Origin: Longimicrobiales bacterium
GTDB taxonomy: Bacteria; Gemmatimonadota; Gemmatimonadetes; Longimicrobiales; Gaopeijiaceae
Assembly (NCBI GenBank): GCA_965202985.1
Contig: CBDBCF010000002.1
Coordinates: 512,001 to 576,000, forward strand
Direction of reading: 5' to 3'
Length of the DNA stretch: 64,000 bases
Shown: positions 48,289 to 57,011 of the stretch, piece by piece
How positions within the stretch are numbered: position 1 is the first letter of the stretch
How the letters are laid out: the number at the start of each line of letters is the position of its first letter
Notes under the pieces: generated by a model
The model's database searches: none
The model's input: the letters and a program-made list of their open reading frames with translations, nothing else
What the model was told of the DNA's origin: nothing
Translations under genes and position numbers: made by a program

Positions 48289-51200
48289 ATGACAGGTCTC
48301 GCTCTCCCGCCTCGGCTCGCCGCGCTCCTCCGACGGTGCGCCGCGCTCGCCGGACTGACGGCTGCGACGTTCGCCGCCCCCGCTTCCGCCCAGAACGCCA
48401 CCGTCGTGGGCACCGTTTCCAACGCCGCCACCGGCGAGCCGCTGCCGTCCGCGCAGGTGTACGTGCCGGCGCTGGAGATCGGCGTCATCTCCCGAGAGGG
48501 CGGGCGCTTCGTCCTCCCCGGGGTCCCGCCGGGCACGCACGAGCTGCAGGTGGACCTGATCGGCTACGTGAGCGTGGTGCGGACGATCACGCTGGCCGCC
48601 GGCGAGACCGCGACCGTGGACCTGCAGATGCACTCCACGGCCTTGCAGCTGGTGGAGATCGTCGTGACCGGCACCGCGTTCGAGGAGTCGCCCGTGACGC
48701 TGCCGTACTCGGTGTCGGTGGCCGGGCGCCGCACGTTGGCCGAGCAGGGAGCGCCCCAAGCCACGGACTTCTTCAAGAACCTGGGGGCCAGCCACGGGAC
48801 GCTGGGCGAGCGGCAGGGCTGGTACAACACCAAGCAGGCCGGCTCGATGCCCGAGACGGTCGCGAACGTGAACCTGCGTGGGCTGGGCTCTTCTCGCACG
48901 CTGGTGCTCCTCAACGGCCGGCGCCAGACGTACATCCCGGTGCGCCAGTACGGCGGGCGGTTCGTGGACGTGAACGCCTTCCCGTCGGTGGCGATCGACC
49001 GGATCGAGGTGCTCAAGGAGGGCGCGTCCGCCGTCTACGGCTCGGACGCCGTGGCCGGGGTCGCGAACTTCCTGACCCGGAACGACTTCGAGGGCTTCGA
49101 GGTGGAGGCCGCGCACGAGTACTTCGCCGCTTCCGGCAACACCAACGTGGGCGCGATCTGGGGCAGCCCCGTCGGCGAAAGCTCCCACGCCGTCGTGTCG
49201 GCCGAGGCGCTGATCAGCCAAGCGCTGCACGTGCGGGACAGGGACTGGGCGCTTCGGGACTTCATCGCCGGCGCCGGTTCCTGGTCGTACACCGGCAACC
49301 CCGGCGCGTTCATCATTCCGCAGCTGACCGGCGAGGAGTCGAGCGAGGAGTTCTCGGCGGCCCTTGTGGACGCGCACTTCGGCGGCCTCGGCGGCGTCTT
49401 CGTGGACCCGGCGTGCCAGTCGTTCGGCGGCCACCTCGAGAACGAGACCTGCCGCTTCCGCTACCAGCCCTGGGACGACTTGCAGCAGGCGACTCGCCAC
49501 GTGCGGGCGTTCGGCGAACTCAACGGCGACTGGGGCGACGAGGGGACCTATCACGTGGAAGGGCTCTTCGCCGTCGCAACCCAGCCCGAGTGGCTGACCA
49601 CGCCTTCCTATCCGCCGATCTACCAGTACACCGACGCTTGGGCGATCGCCTCCGACCACCCCGGCCGCGTGGACTTCTGCGGCAAGAACAGTGCGCACGC
49701 GGGCTTCTCCTCGCAGTCCGAGTGCCTGGAGAACGACTGGTACTTCTACGGCCGCCTCGTGGGGAACAGCGGCCCCGGCCGCATCTTGTCCCGGCAGTCG
49801 GCCACCCAGCGCCTGGCCGCGTCTATGGAGCGCGTGGTGGGCGAGATGGGCGGCGGAGACCTGACGCTGGACGTGGGCGCAAGCTTCTCGCGCGCCTCCG
49901 GCAACGTGAACATCCCGTCCGAGTACGCCTACCGGAAGTTCCTGGCGTTCCGCGGGTTCGGCGGTCCCAACTGCGGCGTGGACGTCGTGCGCGACCCCAC
50001 CACGCCCTCGGGGATGGCGTTGGGACCCCTCAACGGACAGACCGCCGGGCAGGGCGGCTGCATGTACTACAACCCCTTCAGCAGCGCACTGCAGAACTCG
50101 GAGCAACCCGGCGCAGCCTACGAGAACCAAGCCAACCCGGGCTATATGGCGTCGCTGGCCAACTCGCCCGAGCTGCTGGACTGGATCAACGACGAGGTGG
50201 ACTTGGAGGGCGCCGCCAACCTGCTGGTCGGCGACGTGATGATGAAGGGAACGCTGGCCGAGGACCGGGCGAACTTCGCCGCCGGCTACCAGTTCCGCCG
50301 CTTCGCCGTGACCGGCACGCCCAACACCGCGGGGAACCTGGACGTGAACCCCTGTCCGGTGCTGGGCGACCAGAGCTGCGTGGACAAGGCCGGCTCGTTC
50401 ACCTTCACCAACGGCTTCTACCCCTACGACGCCTCGCAGACGGTTCACCGCTTCTTCGTCGAGGTGCCGATGACGTTCGGCGAGCGGTTCAGCGCCCAGG
50501 CCGCCGCCAACTACGAGTTCCACAGCAGCGCCAGCAGCTTCGACCCCCGGCTGGCCATGCGCCTTCAGGTGGCCGACCCGCTGGCGCTGCGCGTGTCCGT
50601 CCAGACCACCTTCCGCACGCCGTCGGTGGACGACGTGCACCCCCAGCAGAACACGGCCTCGGCGTACGTGTCCCAGGTCGGCACCTACAAGGCCACGGAC
50701 ACCTACGGCAACCCGGACTTGAAGCCGGAGCAGGCGTTCACCTACAACGCCGGGCTCAGCCTTCAACTGTCGCGCATGAGGGCGTCGGTGGACTACTGGA
50801 GCTACGACTTCAGCGACATGATCGAGATCCTTCCCTACGACGGCATCGCCCGCGCGTACGATTCGCCTTCGCGCAGTGTCGTCCAGCACCTGATCACCTG
50901 TCCCGGCAACCGCCGCGACGGCTCCTGCGAGGCCCGCAACATCGAGCGGATCCGGCTCGACATGGCCAACTGGCCGGGCGTCACGACATCGGGCATCGAC
51001 TGGCACGCCAGCACCCGGTTGCCCGCCGGCGAGGGCGTCGTGTCCCTGGGCATGGACGGCACCTACACGCGGAGCTACGACGTGAAGGCGCTGTCCGTGT
51101 CGAGCCCCGACTCTCCCGGCTCGTCGGTCGAGCTGCTGTCCGCCCAGTCGGCCGTGGGCAAGCTCAACTGGGGCAGCCCCGTGGCACCCCCCCTGCCCCG

Positions 51201-51510
51201 CTGGAAGATGCGCTTCTCCCTGGGCGTGCATCAGGGCGACTACAGCCTGGTCAACTACCTCAACAGCGTGTCGTCCTACGAGAACGACGCCTTCGTCGGC
51301 ACCCAGTACGAGCGCGTGGACCGCTGGATGACCTGGGACCTGAGCGTGCTGCGGCGTACCCGAGGCAACTTCGATGTGTCCCTCTCCGCCCTGAACCTCC
51401 TCGACGCCGATCCGCCCTTCGTGGCCTGGGAGCAGAACTACGACGGCTTCACGCACAGCGCCCGCGGCCGGCGGATCAAGATGTCGGTTACGTGGAAGGC
51501 TGGGGGGTAG
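48289..51510 (+). CDS. TonB-dependent receptor with N-terminal carboxypeptidase-regulatory-like domain
   Basis: Signal peptide; EIVVTG, VNLRGLGSSRTLVLLNGRR, RIEVLKEGASAVYGSDAVAGVANF, GNPDLKPE, NLLDADPP. Start 48280 or 48289. Confidence 0.95.
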   Translation: MTGLALPPRLAALLRRCAALAGLTAATFAAPASAQNATVVGTVSNAATGEPLPSAQVYVPALEIGVISREGGRFVLPGVPPGTHELQVDLIGYVSVVRTITLAAGETATVDLQMHSTALQLVEIVVTGTAFEESPVTLPYSVSVAGRRTLAEQGAPQATDFFKNLGASHGTLGERQGWYNTKQAGSMPETVANVNLRGLGSSRTLVLLNGRRQTYIPVRQYGGRFVDVNAFPSVAIDRIEVLKEGASAVYGSDAVAGVANFLTRNDFEGFEVEAAHEYFAASGNTNVGAIWGSPVGESSHAVVSAEALISQALHVRDRDWALRDFIAGAGSWSYTGNPGAFIIPQLTGEESSEEFSAALVDAHFGGLGGVFVDPACQSFGGHLENETCRFRYQPWDDLQQATRHVRAFGELNGDWGDEGTYHVEGLFAVATQPEWLTTPSYPPIYQYTDAWAIASDHPGRVDFCGKNSAHAGFSSQSECLENDWYFYGRLVGNSGPGRILSRQSATQRLAASMERVVGEMGGGDLTLDVGASFSRASGNVNIPSEYAYRKFLAFRGFGGPNCGVDVVRDPTTPSGMALGPLNGQTAGQGGCMYYNPFSSALQNSEQPGAAYENQANPGYMASLANSPELLDWINDEVDLEGAANLLVGDVMMKGTLAEDRANFAAGYQFRRFAVTGTPNTAGNLDVNPCPVLGDQSCVDKAGSFTFTNGFYPYDASQTVHRFFVEVPMTFGERFSAQAAANYEFHSSASSFDPRLAMRLQVADPLALRVSVQTTFRTPSVDDVHPQQNTASAYVSQVGTYKATDTYGNPDLKPEQAFTYNAGLSLQLSRMRASVDYWSYDFSDMIEILPYDGIARAYDSPSRSVVQHLITCPGNRRDGSCEARNIERIRLDMANWPGVTTSGIDWHASTRLPAGEGVVSLGMDGTYTRSYDVKALSVSSPDSPGSSVELLSAQSAVGKLNWGSPVAPPLPRWKMRFSLGVHQGDYSLVNYLNSVSSYENDAFVGTQYERVDRWMTWDLSVLRRTRGNFDVSLSALNLLDADPPFVAWEQNYDGFTHSARGRRIKMSVTWKAGG

Positions 51511-51599
51511 GGGTTGATCGAGGCGGCGTGGCTTTCTGCGGTGCAAACCCAGCGGCAAACCGCGGAGGCCGGCTTCGTCCTTGACGCGAGGAAACGAGG

Positions 51600-53129
51600 A
51601 TGCCGACTTACGATGTGACCGACATCTACGGCAACTGGTCGGCGATCAAGGCACTGGTGGATGGCGGGCAGCTCCAGACCCCGCTGTTGCGGGAGCTTTA
51701 CGCCGAACTTCAGCGCCGAAGTCCCGACTTCAAAGGCTTCGCGGGCGACATGTTCCGCGAGATGACCGGCTACCCGTCAGACGAAAAGCTCGGCCGCCTT
51801 TCGCTGTACAACTCGTTCAACAAGCTCGTGCCAAAGCTGTCAGTCGACAAGAAGCTAGTGCGGGTGGCGCACCGATCGAATGCTAACGTATACCAGGTAA
51901 GCGCGGTAGACGCACGCCGCCCAGAGGAGCAGGCGTCGGTACACGAGGTCGCACGGAACACGAAGTCGAACCCATGGCCCAACGACATGACGAAGTCGAT
52001 TCCCCGACAGCCTCCAAGCCCGATCGACGACTCGGCGTCTCAAACCTCGCCAAAGTCTTTCGGAGATTCCGAAGACGTAGAGGGTATCGACGAGCCAAAG
52101 TCTCCTTGGAGCGGATACCCATTGGACGAACTTCTGATTCGGCCGCAAAACCGCACTGTTTACGAAGTCGTCCGGAGAATCAAGAACAAGCAGTATGTCA
52201 TGGATCCGGATTTTCAGCGCGATTTCATTTGGACAAAGGCCCAACAGAGCAAGTTGATCGAGTCTGTGATCCTGCGAATCCCCTTGCCGGTCTTCTACCT
52301 CGCCGAGGACGAGCAGGGCCGAATGGTCGTCGTCGATGGTCTCCAAAGGTTATCCACGTTCTACAGCTTTCTTGAGGACGACCTGGTGTTGCGCAGCCTG
52401 CACCGTACCGACCTCAATCGCAAACGGTTTTCGGATCTCCCGCCCAAATTGCAGAATCGGGTTGAAGACTGTGATTTGATCTTCTATACCATTGATTCCA
52501 AAGTGCCGATGCAGGCCAAATTGGACATCTTCGATCGGGTCAATGCTGGTGTGCCATTGTCCCGGCAACAGATGCGGAACTGCTTGTTGATGGGAAACGG
52601 AACAAAGTTCTTGAAGCTCGAATCCCGCTCCGAATTGTTCCAGAAGGCGACCGGCAGAAGCTTGAAGTCCGACATGATGCGGGATAGAGAGTTTGTAAAT
52701 CGATATTGCGCATTTCGTCTGGAGAGCTTGGACGATTATCGCGGCGACATGGACGATTTTCTGGTCCTTGCCCTAAAGCGTATGAACAAGATGGACGATC
52801 ACCAGCTAGCGAGCCTGTCGAAAGGGTTTCGCAACGGTCTGGAGAACAACTTCGTTGTATTTGGTCGACATGCTTTCCGTCGCCACACCCAGTCACAGCA
52901 ACATCGCAACGTTCTGAACGCATCGCTGTGGGATGTTATGTCCACTGGATTGTCGTTCTATTCCAAGGGTCAGGTCGTCGAGCAGAAACAATACCTCAAG
53001 GATGCATTCTACAACCTTTTGGACGACGAAGACTTCGATGCATCTATCACCAAGGGAACCAACAGCACGAAGCGTGTGAAATATCGATTCAGGGCAACCC
53101 GTAGAATGCTGACGAAGGTCCTGGGATGA
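51600..53129 (+). CDS. DUF262 (ParB/Srx-like) protein, Menshen NsnA-like, with extra N-terminal domain
   Basis: PDFQRDFIW, LIESVILRIPLPVFY, VVDGLQRL, IFDRVNAG..LS.Q. Visibly lower GC than the backbone. Confidence 0.85.
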   Translation: MPTYDVTDIYGNWSAIKALVDGGQLQTPLLRELYAELQRRSPDFKGFAGDMFREMTGYPSDEKLGRLSLYNSFNKLVPKLSVDKKLVRVAHRSNANVYQVSAVDARRPEEQASVHEVARNTKSNPWPNDMTKSIPRQPPSPIDDSASQTSPKSFGDSEDVEGIDEPKSPWSGYPLDELLIRPQNRTVYEVVRRIKNKQYVMDPDFQRDFIWTKAQQSKLIESVILRIPLPVFYLAEDEQGRMVVVDGLQRLSTFYSFLEDDLVLRSLHRTDLNRKRFSDLPPKLQNRVEDCDLIFYTIDSKVPMQAKLDIFDRVNAGVPLSRQQMRNCLLMGNGTKFLKLESRSELFQKATGRSLKSDMMRDREFVNRYCAFRLESLDDYRGDMDDFLVLALKRMNKMDDHQLASLSKGFRNGLENNFVVFGRHAFRRHTQSQQHRNVLNASLWDVMSTGLSFYSKGQVVEQKQYLKDAFYNLLDDEDFDASITKGTNSTKRVKYRFRATRRMLTKVLG

Positions 53130-54268
53130 TCGCTCGAATCGATCTCTATCGCTTCAAGTGCTTCTCCGTCTTGAAGTTGCCTCTTTCACCGCTTACTTTA
53201 TTGTCGGGTACGAATGCATCCGGAAAATCGTCCGTATTGCAAGCACTAGCATTGCTTCATCAGACGATTCGCGAACACCAATGGTCTACGAGACTGATGC
53301 TCAACGGTCTCGCGGTTCGGCTGGGAACCGTCGCCGACGTCATTGATCAGATCGAGGGCCGGACGTCGTTCGACATTGCGCTTTGGGACGACGACGAGGA
53401 GTACCGATGGAACTTTGGAGGACATCGCACCCAGATGTCAATGGAAATCACCAGGATATCAGCAGGCGGAAAAACATATGAAGAGCCTCGACCGCTGCTC
53501 CGATTGCTACCAGAAGAGATTGGTGGTCAGTCGTTGGCCACGCGACTTCGAGATTTGAGTTACTTGACGGCAGAGAGACTTGGACCAAGGGACTACTATC
53601 CGTTGGAGGACCCACAATCGACGCCGGTTGTCGGCCCGGCCGGGGAACACACGGTGAGTGTCTTGCAGTCGGGAGAGGAAGTTCCCGTACTCGACGCCTT
53701 GGCCCTAGAGGGAACGCCGCCGACACGGTTGCGACAGGTCGAGGCACGCATGGAGAAGTTCTTCCCGAGTTGCCAGTTGGCAATCGACACGATTCCGCAC
53801 GCGAACGCGGTGCGACTCGGCATTCGCACCTCGAGCGACACCGGATTTCATCGCCCCGGTCACACCGGGTTTGGGCTGACCCAAGTCTTGCCTGTTGTGG
53901 TGGCCGCCTTGTCGTCCAAGAGCAACGGTCTGCTGTTGATCGAAAACCCGGAGGTGCATCTTCACCCGGCTGGCCAAGCGAGTATGGGACGGTTTCTGGC
54001 AGAGGTGAGTGCCGCGGGCGTTCAGGTCATTCTCGAAACCCACAGCGACCACGTCCTCAATGGCGTCCGTCGGGCGGTCAAGGACGGCAAGGTACGTCCG
54101 CAAGATGTAGCCCTGCACTTCTTCCGGTCGCGAACGGGAGGGAAGGAGACACGGCTTCCACAGGTCGAGAGTCCGAGCCTTGACGCCGACGGCAACGTTG
54201 ACGTGTGGCCCGAGGGCTTTTTCGACCAGTTCGACAAGGACATGAACTACTTCGCGGGGTGGGCGTGA
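53126..54268 (+). CDS. ABC/AAA_21 ATPase with DUF3696 tail, Menshen NsnB-like
   Basis: FKCF, GTNASGKS, AERLGPR, TGFGLTQVLP, IENPEVHLHP, ETHSDH, WPEGFFDQ. ATGA overlap with the upstream gene. Confidence 0.88.
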   Translation: MIARIDLYRFKCFSVLKLPLSPLTLLSGTNASGKSSVLQALALLHQTIREHQWSTRLMLNGLAVRLGTVADVIDQIEGRTSFDIALWDDDEEYRWNFGGHRTQMSMEITRISAGGKTYEEPRPLLRLLPEEIGGQSLATRLRDLSYLTAERLGPRDYYPLEDPQSTPVVGPAGEHTVSVLQSGEEVPVLDALALEGTPPTRLRQVEARMEKFFPSCQLAIDTIPHANAVRLGIRTSSDTGFHRPGHTGFGLTQVLPVVVAALSSKSNGLLLIENPEVHLHPAGQASMGRFLAEVSAAGVQVILETHSDHVLNGVRRAVKDGKVRPQDVALHFFRSRTGGKETRLPQVESPSLDADGNVDVWPEGFFDQFDKDMNYFAGWA

Positions 54269-54269
54269 G

Positions 54270-55226
54270 GTGGACCTTTTTGCCAACGACCGGTCAATTC
54301 ATCACCAGTTTCAGGACTTGTCTTTGTTTCGCGAGGCAATATTGCGACTTGCTGACATGCGTAGAGTTGCGAGGCGCTGGGGTCAAGAAGTCTACTGCAG
54401 TCGCGAGATGGCCCAGGTCGAGCCGGTGCGGGACGTTCCCATGCCGAAAGCGATTCAACGGCTGTCGCATCCGGAGAAGAACGCTGTGATGTCGTGGTTG
54501 ACCCGAGCGGGGCCGTTCTGGGACGACTTCGATCGCCACGGAAGAGACGAGTGGCTGGAATGCGACAGCGACGTTGTGACCGACTCCGCTGTTGCCGAGG
54601 CGGCCTTTCGCAGCATTCACGGCTTTCCATCCGGGCTGATCAGCGCTGATCCTTCGGCGTGGACCCGGTCTCCCGTTCGGGTGACGTGGCGCGTCAATGA
54701 CGACACGGTCCGCCAGGCGGTGGACATCGAGAACTGGTGGGACCAGACCGCGCTACTCGCGGCACTCGAGAATGCCGCCCCTCATCCGACCTCTTGGGAC
54801 GAACTTTATAGGGTTGCGACACGCAGGTTTAGCAGGCTCTTTTTTTGCAAGGACTGCTTCGACCCGCTCAAGGGCCTTCCGTTTGCGAGCGGAGCGGCGG
54901 GTCACCTTGGGGTCCTTCTAGGAATCCTCGACCGCTTCGCGGGCTGCTTTGACGAGGGCGGGCGTCGTACGTCCGAAGGTCATCGACTGGTGGAACAGTA
55001 CTTCACCGGGGACAGCGCGCTGTTTTCGGATTCGTCGGATTCGGAGAAGCGGCAGTTTCGACGTCAACTTACGTTTCGCGATGAATCTTTGCCCGGCGGA
55101 AGAACGATCTGCGGCTGGCACGGCAAGATGAAGCGCCACACGATCCGGTTTCACTTTTCGTGGCCGGTGCGGGCGAACGAACGGATCAGCGTCGTCTACG
55201 TGGGACCAAAGCTCACCAAGTCCTAG
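54270..55226 (+). CDS. Hypothetical protein, probable Menshen NsnC-like effector
   Basis: Third gene of a tight operon (1-bp gap). C-terminal WHGK..RFHF..VVYVGPKL resembles RelE/ParE-fold ends (inference). Confidence 0.65.
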   Translation: MDLFANDRSIHHQFQDLSLFREAILRLADMRRVARRWGQEVYCSREMAQVEPVRDVPMPKAIQRLSHPEKNAVMSWLTRAGPFWDDFDRHGRDEWLECDSDVVTDSAVAEAAFRSIHGFPSGLISADPSAWTRSPVRVTWRVNDDTVRQAVDIENWWDQTALLAALENAAPHPTSWDELYRVATRRFSRLFFCKDCFDPLKGLPFASGAAGHLGVLLGILDRFAGCFDEGGRRTSEGHRLVEQYFTGDSALFSDSSDSEKRQFRRQLTFRDESLPGGRTICGWHGKMKRHTIRFHFSWPVRANERISVVYVGPKLTKS

Positions 55227-55297
55227 CGCAGTGTTGGAGAACAAGCTAGCGTACCGTAGTGGAAACCAGTGTCGTGCCCGGAAGCAAGGAGTAGAGA

Positions 55298-56128
55298 ATG
55301 CGACATCGAGACAGAACTGACATCTACGGCAACACTGTTGGACACCAGCCGAGTTCCGTTCCTCGAGTGCGGGATCTCTACTGGCCCACATTGTTGGCGC
55401 TTAGATCGTTCGGTGGTCTGCCAGCGACGAAGTCCGAGGTCATGGCTTGGGTGGCCGACCACTTGCGACTTCCGGGCTCCGTGGTTCGGCTTCTTCACCG
55501 AGAGGACGGCAGCAGCCCCGAGACGGAACTTGGCTACCGCATCACGTGGGCGCTGAGCGGACTCAAGAAGATCGACACCGCCCACAATCCGGTCCGGGCC
55601 CATTGGGTGGTCACCGATTTTGGCAGGAATATCAGAGACGAGCAGCAACTCCAAGAACTGAACGACGCCTTCCGGCGGCAACATCGGGTCCACCGGAGAG
55701 CCCCGGCGAGCAGGAACACGCGGGACTGGGTTCTGGCGTCAATGCGGATGCTCGTCGCTGCTGGCGTCGCTGAGCCGTCGCTGGACCAGATCGAGTACGC
55801 TGCCAAGGCCGTCGGCTGGAATGGCGCCAGCAGATCCCTCCGGAACGCGACGTGGAATGCGAAGCGTGAGGGACTTCTCATCGCCGCGGGGCATGGGCGC
55901 TACAGACTGGCGGAGACGGCACCCCGCGGGAACTTGCCAGCGCAGCAGCCCGCCGCGGGGTCGGTCAACAAACCCGGGAATGTGCCAGCCGAGGTGCCCG
56001 CGGACGATCCGGTCCCCGAACCGGCGGCAGTGGGCAACCCCGATGATGCGCTGGTGCAGTGCGTGAAGAGGCTGTCAGACGTCGTGGAGGAACTGAGGGA
56101 CGCGGTTGACGGCTTGGCCGGGAGATAG
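55298..56128 (+). CDS. Mrr N-terminal-like winged-helix protein lacking a nuclease domain
   Basis: LYWPTLLAL, YRITWALSGLKK, RAHWVVTDFGR fit Mrr_N. Second HTH-like region ends GLLIAAGHGRYRL. AAGGAG RBS. Confidence 0.7.
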   Translation: MRHRDRTDIYGNTVGHQPSSVPRVRDLYWPTLLALRSFGGLPATKSEVMAWVADHLRLPGSVVRLLHREDGSSPETELGYRITWALSGLKKIDTAHNPVRAHWVVTDFGRNIRDEQQLQELNDAFRRQHRVHRRAPASRNTRDWVLASMRMLVAAGVAEPSLDQIEYAAKAVGWNGASRSLRNATWNAKREGLLIAAGHGRYRLAETAPRGNLPAQQPAAGSVNKPGNVPAEVPADDPVPEPAAVGNPDDALVQCVKRLSDVVEELRDAVDGLAGR

Positions 56129-56144
56129 CTGGCCGGCGTTACGC

Positions 56145-57011
56145 TCACACGAACTCCACGCCCTCCATCTCGCCGAACCGTTGCACCATGATCTCCACGG
56201 CCTCCGGGTTGTTGTCGACGAGGACGAAGCGGCGGTCTAGCTCGTGGGCGGCTGCCCCGAGGGTTCCGCTGCCCGCAAAGGGATCGAGAACGAGGTCGCC
56301 GGGGCGCGACGACGCCTGCACGATGCGCCGGACCACGCCCAAGGGCTTCTGCGTCGGGTAGCCGGTGCGCTCCTTGCCGCTGGTCGGGACGATGGTGTGC
56401 CACCACGTGTCGGTGGGCAGCTTGCCGCGGGCGGCTTTTTCGGGTCCCACGAGTCCGGGCACCATGTAGGGGATGCGCTCCACGGCCTCCGAGTCGAAGA
56501 AGTAGCGGTCGGGGTCCTTGGCGTAGAAGAGGATGTTGTCGTGCTTGGCGGGCCACCGGCGCTTGGGGCGGCCGCCGAAGTCGTAGGCCCAGATGATCTC
56601 GTTGACGAAGCACTCGCGGCCGAAGATGTCGTCGAGCAGGACCTTGGCGTAGTGAACCTCGCGGTAGTCCAGGTGCAGGTAGAGGGAACCGGTGGGCGCC
56701 AGCAGGCGGTGGGCTTCGCGCATCCGGGGAGCCAGGAAGGCGCCGTAGTCGTCGAAGGCGTCGTCGAAGGCGCGGGTCTTGCCCTGCTCGGTTCGATAGC
56801 GCTGGCCCTGGAAGCCGGTGCGGTCACCGGCGGGATCGCGGACGGTGCGGAGGCGCGTTCGGGCTTGGGCGCGGCCGGTGTTGAAGGGCGGGTCCGCGTA
56901 GACGAGGTCCACAGAGCCGGAGGGCATCCGGCGCAGGACGGGAAGGCTGTCGCCGAAGTGCACTCGGCCTCGGACGGCGGCTTGACCGGCTCGCTGGGGC
57001 TTGGGGCTCAA
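56145..57011 (-). CDS. Orphan beta-class N6A/N4C DNA methyltransferase
   Basis: DLVYADPPFNTG precedes YPTQKP and LDPFAGSGT. TTG start overlaps the kynureninase stop. Confidence 0.9.
   Translation of the reverse strand: MSPKPQRAGQAAVRGRVHFGDSLPVLRRMPSGSVDLVYADPPFNTGRAQARTRLRTVRDPAGDRTGFQGQRYRTEQGKTRAFDDAFDDYGAFLAPRMREAHRLLAPTGSLYLHLDYREVHYAKVLLDDIFGRECFVNEIIWAYDFGGRPKRRWPAKHDNILFYAKDPDRYFFDSEAVERIPYMVPGLVGPEKAARGKLPTDTWWHTIVPTSGKERTGYPTQKPLGVVRRIVQASSRPGDLVLDPFAGSGTLGAAAHELDRRFVLVDNNPEAVEIMVQRFGEMEGVEFV

Noticed and set aside
51520..51595. c-di-GMP-I riboswitch, suggested by GCAAAC words
   Set aside because: The two-stem architecture with a GNRA tetraloop and receptor could not be identified.
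51600..53129. GmrSD type IV restriction enzyme
   Set aside because: No C-terminal DUF1524/HNH motif. The downstream DUF3696 ATPase fits a Menshen-like system better.
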